Origin: the human T2T-CHM13v2.0 reference genome, Homo sapiens
Strand: one strand, 5' to 3'
Length of the DNA stretch: 64,000 bases
Assembly (NCBI RefSeq): GCF_009914755.1
Contig: NC_060944.1
Shown piece after piece: positions 11,601 to 26,600 of the stretch. The stretch's first letter is position 1, and each line of letters opens with the position of its first letter. The notes beneath the pieces are model-generated. The model worked only from the letters and a program-made list of their open reading frames with translations. It was not told the origin of the DNA and ran no database searches. The position numbers and the translations under genes are program-made.

Positions 11601-14600
11601 AGCAGGTTTGAAACACTCTTTTTGTAGTATCTGGATGAGGACATTTGGAGCGCTTTCAGGCGTATGGTGAAAAAGGAAATATCTTCCCGTAAAAACTAGA
11701 CAGAAGCATTCTCAGAAATTTATTTGTGATGTGTGCCCTCAACTAACAGAGTTGAACCTTTCTTTTGATAGAGCAGTTTTGAAACACTCTTTTGGTAAAA
11801 TCTGCAAGAGGATATTTGGATGGCTTTGAGGATTTCGTTGCAAACGGGAATGGCTTCATATAAACTCTAGACAGAAGCATTCTCAGAAACTTCGTTGGGA
11901 TGTTTCGATTGAAGTCCCAGTGTTGAACATTCCCTTTTATAGCGCACGTTGGAAACACTCTTTTTGCATTCCCTGGAAGTGGACATTTGGAGCGCTTTCA
12001 GGACGACGGTGAAAATGGAAATATCTTCCAATAAAATCTAGATAGAAGCAATGTCAGAAACTTTTATGTGATGGATCTACTCAGCTAACAGAGTTGAACC
12101 TTTCTTTTGAGAGAGCAGTTTTGCAACACTCTTTTTGTGGAATATGCAAATGGATATTAGGGCAGCTTTGAGGATTTCGTTGGAAACGGGAATACATGTA
12201 AAAAGCAGACAGCAGCATTCTCAGAAACTTCTTTGTGATGTTTGCATTGAAGTCACAGAGTTGAACATTCCCTTTGAGAGAGCAGGTTTGAAACACGCCT
12301 TTTGTCATATCTGGAAGTGTCCATTCGGAGCGCATTCAGGCTTGTGTTGAAAAAGGAAATATCCTCCCATAAAAACTAGACAGAAGCATTCTCAGAAACT
12401 TATTTGTGATGTATGTACTCAACTAACAGAACTAAACCATCGTTTTGAAGGAGCAGTTTTGAAACACCCTTTTTGCGGAATCTGCAACTGGATATTTGGC
12501 TAGCTTGGAGGATTTCGTTGGAAACGGGATTACATACAAAAAGCAGACAGCAGCATTCTCAGAAACTTCTTTGTGATGTTTGCATTCAAGTCGCAGAGTT
12601 GAACATTCCCTTTCATAGAGCAGGTTTGAAACACTCTTTTTGTAGTATCTGGATGTGGACATTTGGATCGCTTTCAGGCCTATGGTGAAAAAGGAAATAT
12701 CTTCCCATGAAAACTAGACAGAAGCATTCTCAGAAACTTATTTGTGATGTGTGCCCTCAACTGACAGTGTTGAACCTTTGTTTTGATAGAGCAGTTCTGA
12801 AACACACTTTTTGTAAAATCTGCAAGAGGATATTTGGATAGCTTTGAGGATTTCGTTGGAAACGGGAATGTCTTCATGTAAACTCTAGACAGAAGCATTC
12901 TCAGAAAATGCTTTGGGATGTTTCAATTGAAGTCCCAGTGTTGAACATTCCCTTTCATAGAGCAGGTTTGAAACACTCTTTTTGTAGTATCTGGAAGTGG
13001 ACATTTGGAGCGCTTTCAGGTCTACGGTGAAAAAGGAGATATCTTCCAATAAAAACTAGATAGAAGCAATGTCAGAACTTTTTTCATGATGTATCTACTC
13101 AGCAAACAGAGTTGAACCTTTCTTTTGAGAGAGCAGTTTTGAAACACTCTATTTGTGGAATATGCAAGTGGGTATTAGGCCAGCTTGGAGGATTTCGTTG
13201 GAAACGGGAATACGTATAAAAAGCAGACAGCAGCATTGTCAGAAACTACTTTGTGATGTTTGCATTCAAGTCACAGAATTGAACACTCCCTTTCACAGAG
13301 CAGGTTTGAAACACTCTTTTTGTAGTGTCTGTAAGTGAACATTTGGATTGCTTTCAGGCCTAAGGTGAAAAAGGAAATATCTTCCCATAAAAACTAGACA
13401 GAAGCATTCTCAGAAACTTGTTTGTGATGTGTGCCCTCTACTGACAGAGTTGAACCTTTCTTTGCAAAGAGCAGTTTTGAAACACCCTTTTTGTAGAATC
13501 TGCAAGAGGATATTTGGATAGCTTTGAGGATTTCTTGGGAAACGGGAATGTCTTCAGATAAACTCTAGACAGAAGCATTCTCAGAAACTTCTTTGGGATG
13601 TTTCAATTGAAGTCACAGTGTTGAACATTCCCTTTCACAGAGCAGGTTTGAAACACTCTTTTTGTAGTGTCTATAAGTGAACATTTGGCGTGCTTTCAGG
13701 CCTAACGTGAAAAAGGAAATATCTTCCCATAAGAACTAGACAGAAGCATTCTCAGAAACTTGTTTGTGATGTGTGCCCTCTACTGACAGAGTTGAACCTT
13801 TCCTTGCAAAGAGCAGCTTTGACACACTCTTTTTGTAGAATCTGCAAGAGGCTATTTGGATAGCTTTGAGGATTTCGTTGGAAACGGGTATGTCTTCAGA
13901 TAAACTCTAGACAGAAGCATTCTCAGAAACTTCTTTGAGATGTTGCATTCAAGTCACAGAGTAGAACATTCCCATTCATAGAGCAGATTTGAAACACTCT
14001 TTTTGTAGTATCTGAAAGTGGACATTTGGAGCGCTTTCAGGCCTATGATGAAAAAGGAAATATCTTCCCATAAAAACTAGACGGAAGCATTCTCAGAAAC
14101 TTACTTGTGATGTGTTTGCTCAACTAACAGAATTGAACCATCGTTTTGAAGGAGCAGTTTTGAAACACTGTTTTCGTGGAATCTGCAGGTGGATATTTGG
14201 CTAGCTTTGAGGATTTCTTTGGAAACGGGATTACATATAAAAAGGAGACAGCAGCATTCTCAGAAACTTCTTTGTGATGTCTGCATTCAAGTCACAGAGT
14301 TGAGCATTCCCTTTCATGGAGCAGGTTTGAAACACTCTTTTTGTAGTATCTGGATGAGGACATTTGGAGCGCTTTCAGGTGTATGGTGAAAAAGGAAATA
14401 TCTTCCCGTAAAAACTAGACAGAAGCATTCTCAGAAATTTATTTGTGATGTGTGCCCTCAACTAACAGAGTTGAACCTTTCTTTTGATAGAGCAGTTTTG
14501 AAACACTCTTTCTGTAAAATCTGCAAGAGGATATTTGGATGGCTTTGAGGATTTCGTTGCAAACGGGAATGGCTTCATATAAACTCTAGACAGAAGCATT

Positions 14601-17600
14601 CTCAGAAACTTCGTTGGGATGTTTCGATTGAAGTCCCAGTGTTGAACATTCCCTTTTATAGCGCAGGTTGGAAACACTCTTTTTGCATTCCCTGGAAGTG
14701 GACATTTGGAGCGCTTTCAGGACGACGGTGAAAATGGAAATATCTTCCAATAAAATCTAGATAGAAGCAATGTCAGAAACTTTTCTGTGATGGATCTACT
14801 CAGCTAACAGAGTTGAACCTTTCTTTTGAGAGAGCAGTTTTGCAACACTCTTTTTGTGGAATATGCAAGTGGATATTAGGGCAGCTTTGAGGATTTCGTT
14901 GGAAACGGGAATACATGTAAAAAGCAGACAGCAGCATTCTCAGAAACTTCTTTGTGATGTTTGCATTGAAGTCACAGAGTTGAACATTCCCTTTGAGAGA
15001 GCAGGTTTGAAACACGCCTTTTGTCATATCTGGAAGTGTCCATTCGGAGCGCATTCAGGCTTGTGTTGAAAAAGGAAATATCCTCCCATAAAAACTAGAC
15101 AGAAGCATTCTCAGAAACTTATTTGTGATGTATGTACTCAACTAACAGAACTAAAGCATCGTTTTGAAGGAGCAGTTTTGAAACACCCTTTTTGCGGAAT
15201 CTGCAACTGGATATTTGGCTAGCTTGGAGGATTTCGTTGGAAACGGGATTACATACAAAAAGCAGACAGCAGCATTCTCAGAAACTTCTTTGTGATGTTT
15301 GCATTCAAGTCGCAGAGTTGAACATTCCCTTTCATAGAGCAGGTTTGAAACACTCTTTTTGTAGTATCTGGATGTGGACATTTGGATCGCTTTCAGGCCT
15401 ATGGTGAAAAAGGAAATATCTTCCCATGAAAACTAGATAGAAGCATTCTCAGAAACTTATTTGTGATGTGTGCCCTCAACTGACAGTGTTGAACCTTTGT
15501 TTTGATAGAGCAGTTCTGAAACACACTTTTTGTAAAATCTGCAAGAGAATATTTGGATAGCTTTGGGGATTTCGTTGGAAACGGGAATGTCTTCATGTAA
15601 ACTCTAGACAGAAGCATTCTCAGAAAATGCTTTGGGATGTTTCAATTGAAGTCCCAGTGTTGAACATTCCCTTTCATAGAGCAGGTTTGAAACACTCTTT
15701 TTGTACTATCTGGAAGTGGACATTTGGAGCGCTTTCAGGTCTACGGTGAAAAAGGAGATATCTTCCAATAAAAACTACATAGAAGCAATGTCAGAACTTT
15801 TTTCATGATGTATCTACTCAGCAAACAGAGTTGAACCTTTCTTTTGAGAGAGCAGTTTTGAAACACTCTTTTTGTGGAATATGCAAGTGGGTATTAGGCC
15901 AGCTTGGAGGATTTCGTTGGAAACGGGAATACGTATAAAAAGCAGACAGCAGCATTGTCAGAAACTACTTTGTGATGTTTGCATTCAAGTCACAGAATTG
16001 AACACTCCCTTTCACAGAGCAGGTTTGAAACACTCTTTTTGTAGTGTCTGTAAGTGAACATTTGGATTGCTTTCAGGCCTAAGGTGAAAAAGGAAATATC
16101 TTCCCATAAAAACTAGACAGAAGCATTCTCAGAAACTTGTTTGTGATGTGTGCCCTCTACTGACAGAGTTGAACCTTTCTTTGCAAAGAGCAGTTTTGAA
16201 ACACCCTTTTTGTAGAATCTGCAAGAGGATATTTGGATAGCTTTGAGGATTTCTTTGGAAACGGGAATGTCTTCAGATAAACTCTAGACAGAAGCATTCT
16301 CAGAAACTTCTTTGGGATGTTTCAATTGAAGTCACAGTGTTGAACATTCCCTTTCACAGAGCAGGTTTGAAACACTCTTTTTGTAGTGTCTATAAGTGAA
16401 CATTTGGTGTGCTTTCAGGCCTAACGTGAAAAAGGAAATATCTTCCCATAAGAACTAGACAGAAGCATTCTCAGAAACTTGTTTGTGATGTGTGCCCTCT
16501 ACTGACAGAGTTGAACCTTTCCTTGCAAAGAGCAGCTTTGACACACTCTTTTTGTAGAATCTGCAAGAGGCTATTTGGATAGCTTTGAGGATTTCGTTGG
16601 AAACGGGTATGTCTTCAGATAAACTCTAGACAGAAGCATTCTCAGAAACTTCTTTGAGATGTTGCATTCAAGTCACAGAGTAGAACATTCCCATTCATAG
16701 AGCAGATTTGAAACACTCTTTTTGTAGTATCTGAAAGTGGACATTTGGAGCGCTTTCAGGCCTATGATGAAAAAGGAAATATCTTCCCATAAAAACTAGA
16801 CGGAAGCATTCTCAGAAACTTACTTGTGATGTGTTTGCTCAACTAACAGAATTGAACCATCGTTTTGAAGGAGCAGTTTTGAAACACTGTTTTCGTGGAA
16901 TCTGCAAGTGGATATTTGGCTAGCTTTGAGGATTTCGTTGGAAACGGGATTACATATAAAAAGGAGACAGCAGCATTCTCAGAAACTTCTTTGTGATGTC
17001 TGCATTCAAGTCACAGAGTTGAGCATTCCCTTTCATGGAGCAGGTTTGAAACACTCTTTTTGTAGTATCTGGATGAGGACATTTGGAGCGCTTTCAGGCG
17101 TATGGTGAAAAAGGAAATATCTTCCCGTAAAAACTAGACAGAAGCATTCTCAGAAATTGATTTGTGATGTGTGCCCTCAACTAACAGAGTTGAACCTTTC
17201 TTTTGATAGAGCAGTTTTGAAACACTCTTTTTGTAAAATCTGCAAGAGGATATTTGGATGGCTTTGAGGATTTCGTTGCAAACGGGAATGGCTTCATATA
17301 AACTCTAGACAGAAGCATTCTCAGAAACTTCGTTGGGATGTTTCGATTGAAGTCCCAGTGTTGAACATTCCCTTTTATAGCGCACGTTGGAAACACTCTT
17401 TTTGCATTCCCTGGAAGTGGACATTTGGAGCGCTTTCAGGACGACGGTGAAAATGGAAATATCTTCCAATAAAATCTAGATAGAAGCAATGTCAGAAACT
17501 TTTATGTGATGGATCTACTCAGCTAACAGATTTGAACCTTTCTTTTGAGAGAGCAGTTTTGCAACACTCTTTTTGTGGAATATGCAAGTGGATATTAGGG

Positions 17601-20600
17601 CAGCTTTGAGGATTTCGTTGGAAACGGGAATACATGTAAAAAGCAGACAGCAGCATTCTCAGAAACTTCTTTGTGATGTTTGCATTGAAGTCACAGAGTT
17701 GAACATTCCCTTTGAGAGAGGATGTTTGAAACACGCCTTTTGTCATATCTGGAAGTGTCCATTCGGAGCGCATTCAGGCTTGTGTTGAAAAAGGAAATAT
17801 CCTCCCATAAAAACTAGACAGAAGCATTCTCAGAAACTTATTTGTGATGTATGTACTCAACTAACAGAACTAAACCATCGTTTTGAAGGAGCAGTTTTGA
17901 AACACTCTTTTTGCGGAATCTGCAACTGGATATTTGGCTAGCTTGGAGGATTTCGTTGGAAACGGGATTACATACAAAAAGCAGACAGCAGCATTCTCAG
18001 AAACTTCTTTGTGATGTTTGCATTCAAGTCGCAGAGTTGAACATTCCCTTTCATAGAGCAGGTTTGAAACACTCTTTTTGTAGTATCTGGATGTGGACAT
18101 TTGGATCGCTTTCAGGCCTATGGTGAAAAAGGAAATATCTTCCCATGAAAACTAGACAGAAGCATTCTCAGAAACTTATTTGTGATGTGTGCCCTCAACT
18201 GACAGTGTTGAACCTTTGTTTTGATAGAGCAGTTCTGAAACACACTTTTTGTAAAATCTGCAAGAGGATATTTGGATAGCTTTGAGAATTTCGTTGGAAA
18301 CGGGAATGTCTTCATGTAAACTCTAGACAGAAGCATTCTCAGAAAATGCTTTGGGATGTTTCAATTGAAGTCCCAGTGTTGAACATTCCCTTTCATAGAG
18401 CAGGTTTGAAACACTCTTTTTGTAGTATCTGGAAGTGGACATTTGGAGCGCTTTCAGGTCTACGGTGAAAAAGGAGATATCTTCCAATAAAAACTAGATA
18501 GAAGCAATGTCAGAACTTTTTTCATGATGTATCTACTCAGCAAACAGAGTTGAACCTTTCTTTTGAGAGAGCAGTTTTGAAACACTCTTTTTGTGGAATA
18601 TGCAAGTGGGTATTAGGCCAGCTTGGAGGATTTCGTTGGAAACGGGAATACGTATAAAAAGCAGACAGCAGCATTGTCAGAAACTACTTTGTGATGTTTG
18701 CATTCAAGTCACAGAATTGAACACTCCCTTTCACAGAGCAGGTTTGAAACACTCTTTTTGTAGTGTCTGTAAGTGAACATTTGGATTGCTTTCAGGCCTA
18801 AGGTGAAAAAGGAAATATCTTCCCATAAAAACTAGACAGAAGCATTCTCAGAAACTTGTTTGTGATGTGTGCCCTCTACTGACAGAGTTGAACCTTTCTT
18901 TGCAAAGAGCAGTTTTGAAACACCCTTTTTGTAGAATCTGCAAGAGGATATTTGGATAGCTTTGAGGATTTCTTGGGAAACGGGAATGTCTTCAGATAAA
19001 CTCTAGACAGAAGCATTCTCAGAAACTTCTTTGGGATGTTTCAATTGAAGTCACAGTGTTGAACATTCCCTTTCACAGAGCAGGTTTGAAACACTCTTTT
19101 TGTAGTGTCTATAAGTGAACATTTGGCGTAATTTCAGGCCTAACGTGAAAAAGGAAATATCTTCCCATAAGAACTAGACAGAAGCATTCTCAGAAACTTG
19201 TTTGTGATGTGTGCCCTCTACTGACAGAGTTGAACCTTTCCTTGCAAAGAGCAGCTTTGACACACTCTTTTTGTAGAATCTGCAAGAGGCTATTTGGATA
19301 GCTTTGAGGATTTCGTTGGAAACGGGTATGTCTTCAGATAAACTCTAGACAGAAGCATTCTCAGAAACTTCTTTGAGATGTTGCATTCAAGTCACAGAGT
19401 AGAACATTCCCATTCATAGAGCAGATTTGAAACACTCTTTTTGTAGTATCTGAAAGTGGACATTTGGAGCGCTTTCAGGCCTATGATGAAAGAGGAAATA
19501 TCTTCCCATAAAAACTAAACGAAGCATTCTCAGAAACTTACTTGTGATGTGTTTGCTCAACTAACAGAATTGAACCATCGTTTTGAAGGAGCAGTTTTGA
19601 AACACTGTTTTCGTGGAATCTGCAAGTGGATATTTGGCTAGCTTTGAGGATTTCGTTGGAAACGGGATTACATATAAAAAGGAGACAGCAGCATTCTCAG
19701 AAACTTCTTTGTGATGTCTGCATTCAAGTCACAGAGTTGAGCATTCCCTTTCATGGAGCAGGTTTGAAACACTCTTTTTGTAGTATCTAGATGAGGACAT
19801 TTGGAGCGCTTTCAGGCGTATGGTGAAAAAGGAAATATCTTCCCGTAAAAACTAGACAGAAGCATTCTCAGAAATTTATTTGTGATGTGTGCCCTCAACT
19901 AACAGAGTTGAACCTTTCTTTTGATAGAGCAGTTTTGAAACACTCTTTTGGTAAAATCTGCAAGAGGATATTTGGATGGCTTTGAGGATTTCGTTGCAAA
20001 CGGGAATGGCTTCATATAAACTCTAGACAGAAGCATTCTCAGAAACTTCGTTGGGATGTTTCGATTGAAGTCCCAGTGTTGAACATTCCCTTTTATAGCG
20101 CACGTTGGAAACACTCTTTTTGCATTCCCTGGAAGTGGACATTTGGAGCGCTTTCAGGACGACGGTGAAAATGGAAATATCTTCCAATAAAATCTAGATA
20201 GAAGCAATGTCAGAAACTTTTATGTGATGGATCTACTCAGCTAACAGAGTTGAACCTTTCTTTTGAGAGAGCAGTTTTGCAACACTCTTTTTGTGGAATA
20301 TGCAAGTGGATATTAGGGCAGCTTTGAGGATTTCGTTGGAAACGGGAATACATGTAAAAAGCAGACAGCAGCATTCTCAGAAACTTCTTTGTGATGTTTG
20401 CATTGAAGTCACAGAGTTGAACATTCCCTTTGAGAGAGCAGGTTTGAAAAACGCCTTTTGTCATATCTGGAAGTGTCCATTCGGAGCGCATTCAGGCTTG
20501 TGTTGAAAAAGGAAATATCCTCCCATAAAAACTAGACAGAAGCATTCTCAGAAACTTATTTGTGATGTATGTACTCAACTAACAGAACTAAACCATCGTT

Positions 20601-23600
20601 TTGAAGGAGCAGTTTTGAAACACCCTTTTTGCGGAATCCGCAACTGGATATTTGGCTAGCTTGGAGGATTTCGTTGGAAACGGGATTACATACAAAAAGC
20701 AGACAGCAGCATTCTCAGAAACTTCTTTGTGATGTTTGCATTCAAGTCGCAGAGTTGAACATTCCCTTTCATAGAGCAGGTTTGAAACACTCTTTTTGTA
20801 GTATCTGGATGTGGACATTTGGATCGCTTTCAGGCCTATGGTGAAAAAGGAAATATCTTCCCATGAAAACTAGACAGAAGCATTCTCAGAAACTTATTTG
20901 TGATGTGTGCCCTCAACTGACAGTGTTGAACCTTTGTTTTGATAGAGCAGTTCTGAAACACACTTTTTGTAAAATCTGCAAGAGGATATTTGGATAGCTT
21001 TGAGGATTTCGTTGGAAACGGGAATGTCTTCATGTAAACTCTAGACAGAAGCATTCTCAGAAACTGCTTTGGGATGTTTCAATTGAAGTCCCAGTGTTGA
21101 ACATTCCCTTTCATAGAGCAGGTTTGAAACACTCTTTTTGTACTATCTGGAAGTGGACATTTGGAGCGCTTTCAGGTCTACGGTGAAAAAGGAGATATCT
21201 TCCAATAAAAACTAGATAGAAGCAATGTCAGAACTTTTTTCATGATGTATCTACTCAGCAAACAGAGTTGAACCTTTCTTTTGAGAGAGCAGTTTTGAAA
21301 CACTCTTTTTGTGGAATATGCAAGTGGGTATTAGGCCAGCTTGGAGGATTTCGTTGGAAACGGGAATACGTATAAAAAGCAGACAGCAGCATTGTCAGAA
21401 ACTACTTTGTGATGTTTGCATTCAAGTCACAGAATTGAACACTCTCTTTCACAGAGCAGGTTTGAAACACTCTTTTTGTAGTGTCTGTAAGTGAACATTT
21501 GGATTGCTTTCAGGCCTAAGGTGAAAAAGGAAATATCTTCCCATAAAAACTAGACAGAAGCATTCTCAGAAACTTGTTTGTGATGTGTGCCCTCTACTGA
21601 CAGAGTTGAACCTTTCTTTGCAAAGAGCAGTTTTGAAACACCCTTTTTGTAGAATCTGCAAGAGGATATTTGGATAGCTTTGAGGATTTCTTGGGAAACG
21701 GGAATGTCTTCAGATAAACTCTAGACAGAAGCATTCTCAGAAACTTCTTTGAGATGTTTCAATTGAAGTCACAGTGTTGAACATTCCCTTTCACAGAGCA
21801 GGTATGAAACACTCTTTTTGTAGTGTCTATAAGTGAACATTTGGCGTGCTTTCAGGCCTAACGTGAAAAAGGAAATATCTTCCCATAAGAACTAGACAGA
21901 AGCATTCTCAGAAACTTGTTTGTGATGTGTGCCCTCTACTGACAGAGTTGAACCTTTCCTTGCAAAGAGCAGCTTTGACACACTCTTTTTGTAGAATCTG
22001 CAAGAGGCTATTTGGATAGCTTTGAGGATTTCGTTGGAAACGGGTATGTCTTCAGATAAACTCTAGACAGAAGCATTCTCAGAAACTTCTTTGAGATGTT
22101 GCATTCAAGTCACAGAGTAGAACATTCCCATTCATAGGGCAGATTTGAAACACTCTTTTTGTAGTATCTGAAAGTGGACATTTGGAGCGCTTTCAGGCCT
22201 ATGATGAAAAAGGAAATATCTTCCCATAAAAACTAGACGGAAGCATTCTCAGAAACTTACTTGTGATGTGTTTGCTCAACTAACAGAATTGAACCATCGT
22301 TTTGAAGGAGCAGTTTTGAAACACTGTTTTCGTGGAATCTGCAAGTGGATATTTGGCTAGCTTTGAGGATTTCGTTGGAAACGGGATTACATATAAAAAG
22401 GAGACAGCAGCATTCTCAGAAACTTCTTTGTGATGTCTGCATTCAAGTCACAGAGTTGAGCATTCCCTTTCATGGAGCAGGTTTGAAACACTCTTTTTGT
22501 AGTATCTGGATGAGGACATTTGGAGCGCTTTCAGGCGTATGGTGAAAAAGGAAATATCTTCCCGTAAAAACTAGACAGAAGCATTCTCAGAAATTTATTT
22601 GTGATGTGTGCCCTCAACTAACAGAGTTGAACCTTTCTTTTGATAGAGCAGTTTTGAAACACTCTTTTTGTAAAATCTGCAAGAGGATATTTGGATGGCT
22701 TTGAGGATTTCGTTGCAAACGGGAATGGCTTCATATACACTCTAGACAGAAGCATTCTCAGAAACTTCGTTGGGATGTTTCGATTGAAGTCCCAGTGTTG
22801 AACATTCCCTTTTACAGCGCAGGTTGGAAACACTCTTTTTGCATTCCCTGGAAGTGGACATTTGGAGCGCTTTCAGGACGACGGTGAAAATGGAAATATC
22901 TTCCAATAAAATCTAGATAGAAGCAATGTGAGAAACTTTTATGTGATGGATCTACTCAGCTAACAGAGTTGAACCTTTCTTTTGAGAGAGCAGTTTTGCA
23001 ACACTCTTTTTGTGGAATATGCAAGTGGATATTAGGGCAGCTTTGAGGATTTCGTTGGAAACGGGAATACATGTAAAAAGCAGACAGCAGCATTCTCAGA
23101 AACTTCTTTGTGATGTTTGCATTGAAGTCACAGAGTTGAACATTCCCTTTGAGAGAGCAGGTTTGAAAAACGCCTTTTGTCATATCTGGAAGTGTCCATT
23201 CGGAGCGCATTCAGGCTTGTGTTGAAAAAGGAAATATCCTCCCATAAAAACTAGACAGAAGCATTCTCAGAAACTTATTTGTGATGTATGTACTCAACTA
23301 ACAGAACTAAACCATCGTTTTCAAGGAGCAGTTTTGAAACACCCTTTTTGCGGAATCTGCAACTGGATATTTGGCTAGCTTGGAGGATTTCGTTGGAAAC
23401 GGGATTACATACAAAAAGCAGACAGCAGCATTCTCAGAAACTTCTTTGTGATGTTTGCATTCAAGTCGCAGAGTTGAACATTCCCTTTCATAGAGCAGGT
23501 TTGAAACACTCTTTTTGTAGTATCTGGATGTGGACATTTGGATCGCTTTCAGGCCTATGGTGAAAAAGGAAATATCTTCCCATGAAAACTAGACAGAAGC

Positions 23601-26600
23601 ATTCTCAGAAACTTATTTGTGATGTGTGCCCTCAACTGACAGTGTTGAACCTTTGTTTTGATAGAGCAGTTCTGAAACACACTTTTTGTAAAATCTGCAA
23701 GAGGATATTTGGATAGCTTTGAGGATTTCGTTGGAAACGGGAATGTCTTCATGTAAACTCTAGACAGAAGCATTCTCAGAAACTGCTTTGGGATGTTTCA
23801 ATTGAAGTCCCAGTGTTGAACATTCCCTTTCATAGAGCAGGTTTGAAACACTCTTTTTGTAGTATCTGGAAGTGGACATTTGGAGCGCTTTCAGGTCTAC
23901 GGTGAAAAAGGAGATATCTTCCAATAAAAACTAGATAGAAGCAATGTCAGAACTTTTTTCATGATGTATCTACTCAGCAAACAGAGTTGAACCTTTCTTT
24001 TGAGAGAGCACTTTTGAAACACTCTTTTTGTGGAATATGCAAGTGGGTATTAGGCCAGCTTGGAGGATTTCGTTGGAAACGGGAATACGTATAAAAAGCA
24101 GACAGCAGCATTGTCAGAAACTACTTTGTGATGTTTGCATTCAAGTCACAGAATTGAACACTCCCTTTCACAGAGCAGGTTTGAAACACTCTTTTTGTAG
24201 TGTCTGTAAGTGAACATTTGGATTGCTTTCAGGCCTAAGGTGAAAAAGGAAATATCTTCCCATAAAAACTAGACAGAAGCATTCTCAGAAACTTGTTTGT
24301 GATGTGTGCCCTCTACTGACAGAGTTGAACCTTTCTTTGCAAAGAGCAGTTTTAAAACACCCTTTTTGTAGAATCTGCAAGAGGATATTTGGATAGCTTT
24401 GAGGATTTCTTGGGAAACGGGAATGTCTTCAGATAAACTCTAGACAGAAGCATTCTCAGAAACTTCTTTGAGATGTTTCAATTGAAGTCACAGTGTTGAA
24501 CATTCCCTTTCACAGAGCAGGTATGAAACACTCTTTTTGTAGTGTCTATAAGTGAACATTTGGCGTGCTTTCAGGCCTAACGTGAAAAAGGAAATATCTT
24601 CCCATAAGAACTAGACAGAAGCATTCTCAGAAACTTGTTTGTGATGTGTGCCCTCTACTGACAGAGTTGAACCTTTCCTTGCAAAGAGCAGCTTTGACAC
24701 ACTCTTTTTGTAGAATCTGCAAGAGGCTATTTGGATAGCTTTGAGGATTTCGTTGGAAACGGGTATGTCTTCAGATAAACTCTAGACAGAAGCATTCTCA
24801 GAAACTTCTTTGAGATGTTGCATTCAAGTCACAGAGTAGAACATTCCCATTCATAGAGCAGATTTGAAACACTCTTTTTGTAGTATCTGAAAGTGGACAT
24901 TTGGAGCGCTTTCAGGCCTATGATGAAAAAGGAAATATCTTCCCATAAAAACTAGACGGAAGCATTCTCAGAAACTTACTTGTGATGTGTTTGCTCAACT
25001 AACAGAATTGAACCATCGTTTTGAAGGAGCAGTTTTGAAACACTGTTTTCGTGGTATCTGCAAGTGGATATTTGGCTAGCTTTGAGGATTTCGTTGGAAA
25101 CGGGATTACATATAAAAAGGAGACAGCAGCATTCTCAGAAACTTCTTTGTGATGTCTGCATTCAAGTCACAGAGTTGAGCATTCCCTTTCATGGAGCAGG
25201 TTTGAAACACTCTTTTTGTAGTATCTGGATGAGGACATTTGGAGCGCTTTCAGGCGTATGGTGAAAAAGGAAATATCTTCCCGTAAAAACTAGACAGAAG
25301 CATTCTCAGAAATTTATTTGTGATGTGTGCCCTCAACTAACAGAGTTGAACCTTTCTTTTGATAGAGCAGTTTTGAAACACTCTTTTTGTAAAATCTGCA
25401 AGAGGATATTTGGATGGCTTTGAGGATTTCGTTGCAAACGGGAATGGCTTCATATAAACTCTAGACAGAAGCATTCTCAGAAACTTCGTTGGGATGTTTC
25501 GATTGAAGTCCCAGTGTTGAACATTCCCTTTTATAGCGCAGGTTGGAAACACTCTTTTTGCATTCCCTGGAAGTGGACATTTGGAGCGCTTTCAGGACGA
25601 CGGTGAAAATGGAAATATCTTCCAATAAAATCTAGATAGAAGCAATGTCAGAAACTTTTATGTAATGGATCTACTCAGCTAACAGAGTTGAACCTTTCTT
25701 TTGAGAGAGCAGTTTTGCAACACTCTTTTTGTGGAATATGCAAGTGGATATTAGGGCAGCTTTGAGGATTTCGTTGGAAACGGGAATACATGTAAAAAGC
25801 AGACAGCAGCATTCTCAGAAACTTCTTTGTGATGTTTGCATTGAAGTCACAGAGTTGAACATTCCCTTTGAGAGAGCAGGTTTGAAACACGCCTTTTGTC
25901 ATATCTGGAAGTGTCCATTCGGAGCGCATTCAGGCTTGTGTTGAAAAAGGAAATATCCTCCCATAAAAACTAGACAGAAGCATTCTCAGAAACTTATTTG
26001 TGATGTATGTACTCAACTAACAGAACTAAACCATCGTTTTGAAGGAGCAGTTTTGAAACACCCTTTTTGCGGAATGTGCAACTGGATATTTGGCTAGCTT
26101 GGAGGATTTCGTTGGAAACGGGATTACATACAAAAAGCAGACAGCAGCATTCTCAGAAACTTCTTTGTGATGTTTGCATTCAAGTCGCAGAGTTGAACAT
26201 TCCCTTTCATAGAGCAGGTTTGAAACACTCTTTTTGTAGTATCTGGATGTGGACATTTGGATCGCTTTCAGGCCTATGGTGAAAAAGGAAATATCTTCCC
26301 ATGAAAACTAGACAGAAGCATTCTCAGAAACTTATTTGTGATGTGTGCCCTCAACTGACAGTGTTGAACCTTTGTTTTGATAGAGCAGTTCTGAAACACA
26401 CTTTTTGTAAAATCTGCAAGAGGATATTTGGATAGCTTTGAGGATTTCGTTGGAAACGGGAATGTCTTCATGTAAACTCTAGACAGAAGCATTCTCAGAA
26501 ACTGCTTTGGGATGTTTCAATTGAAGTCCCAGTGTTGAACATTCCCTTTCATAGAGCAGGTTTGAAACACTCTTTTTGTAGTATCTGGAAGTGGACATTT

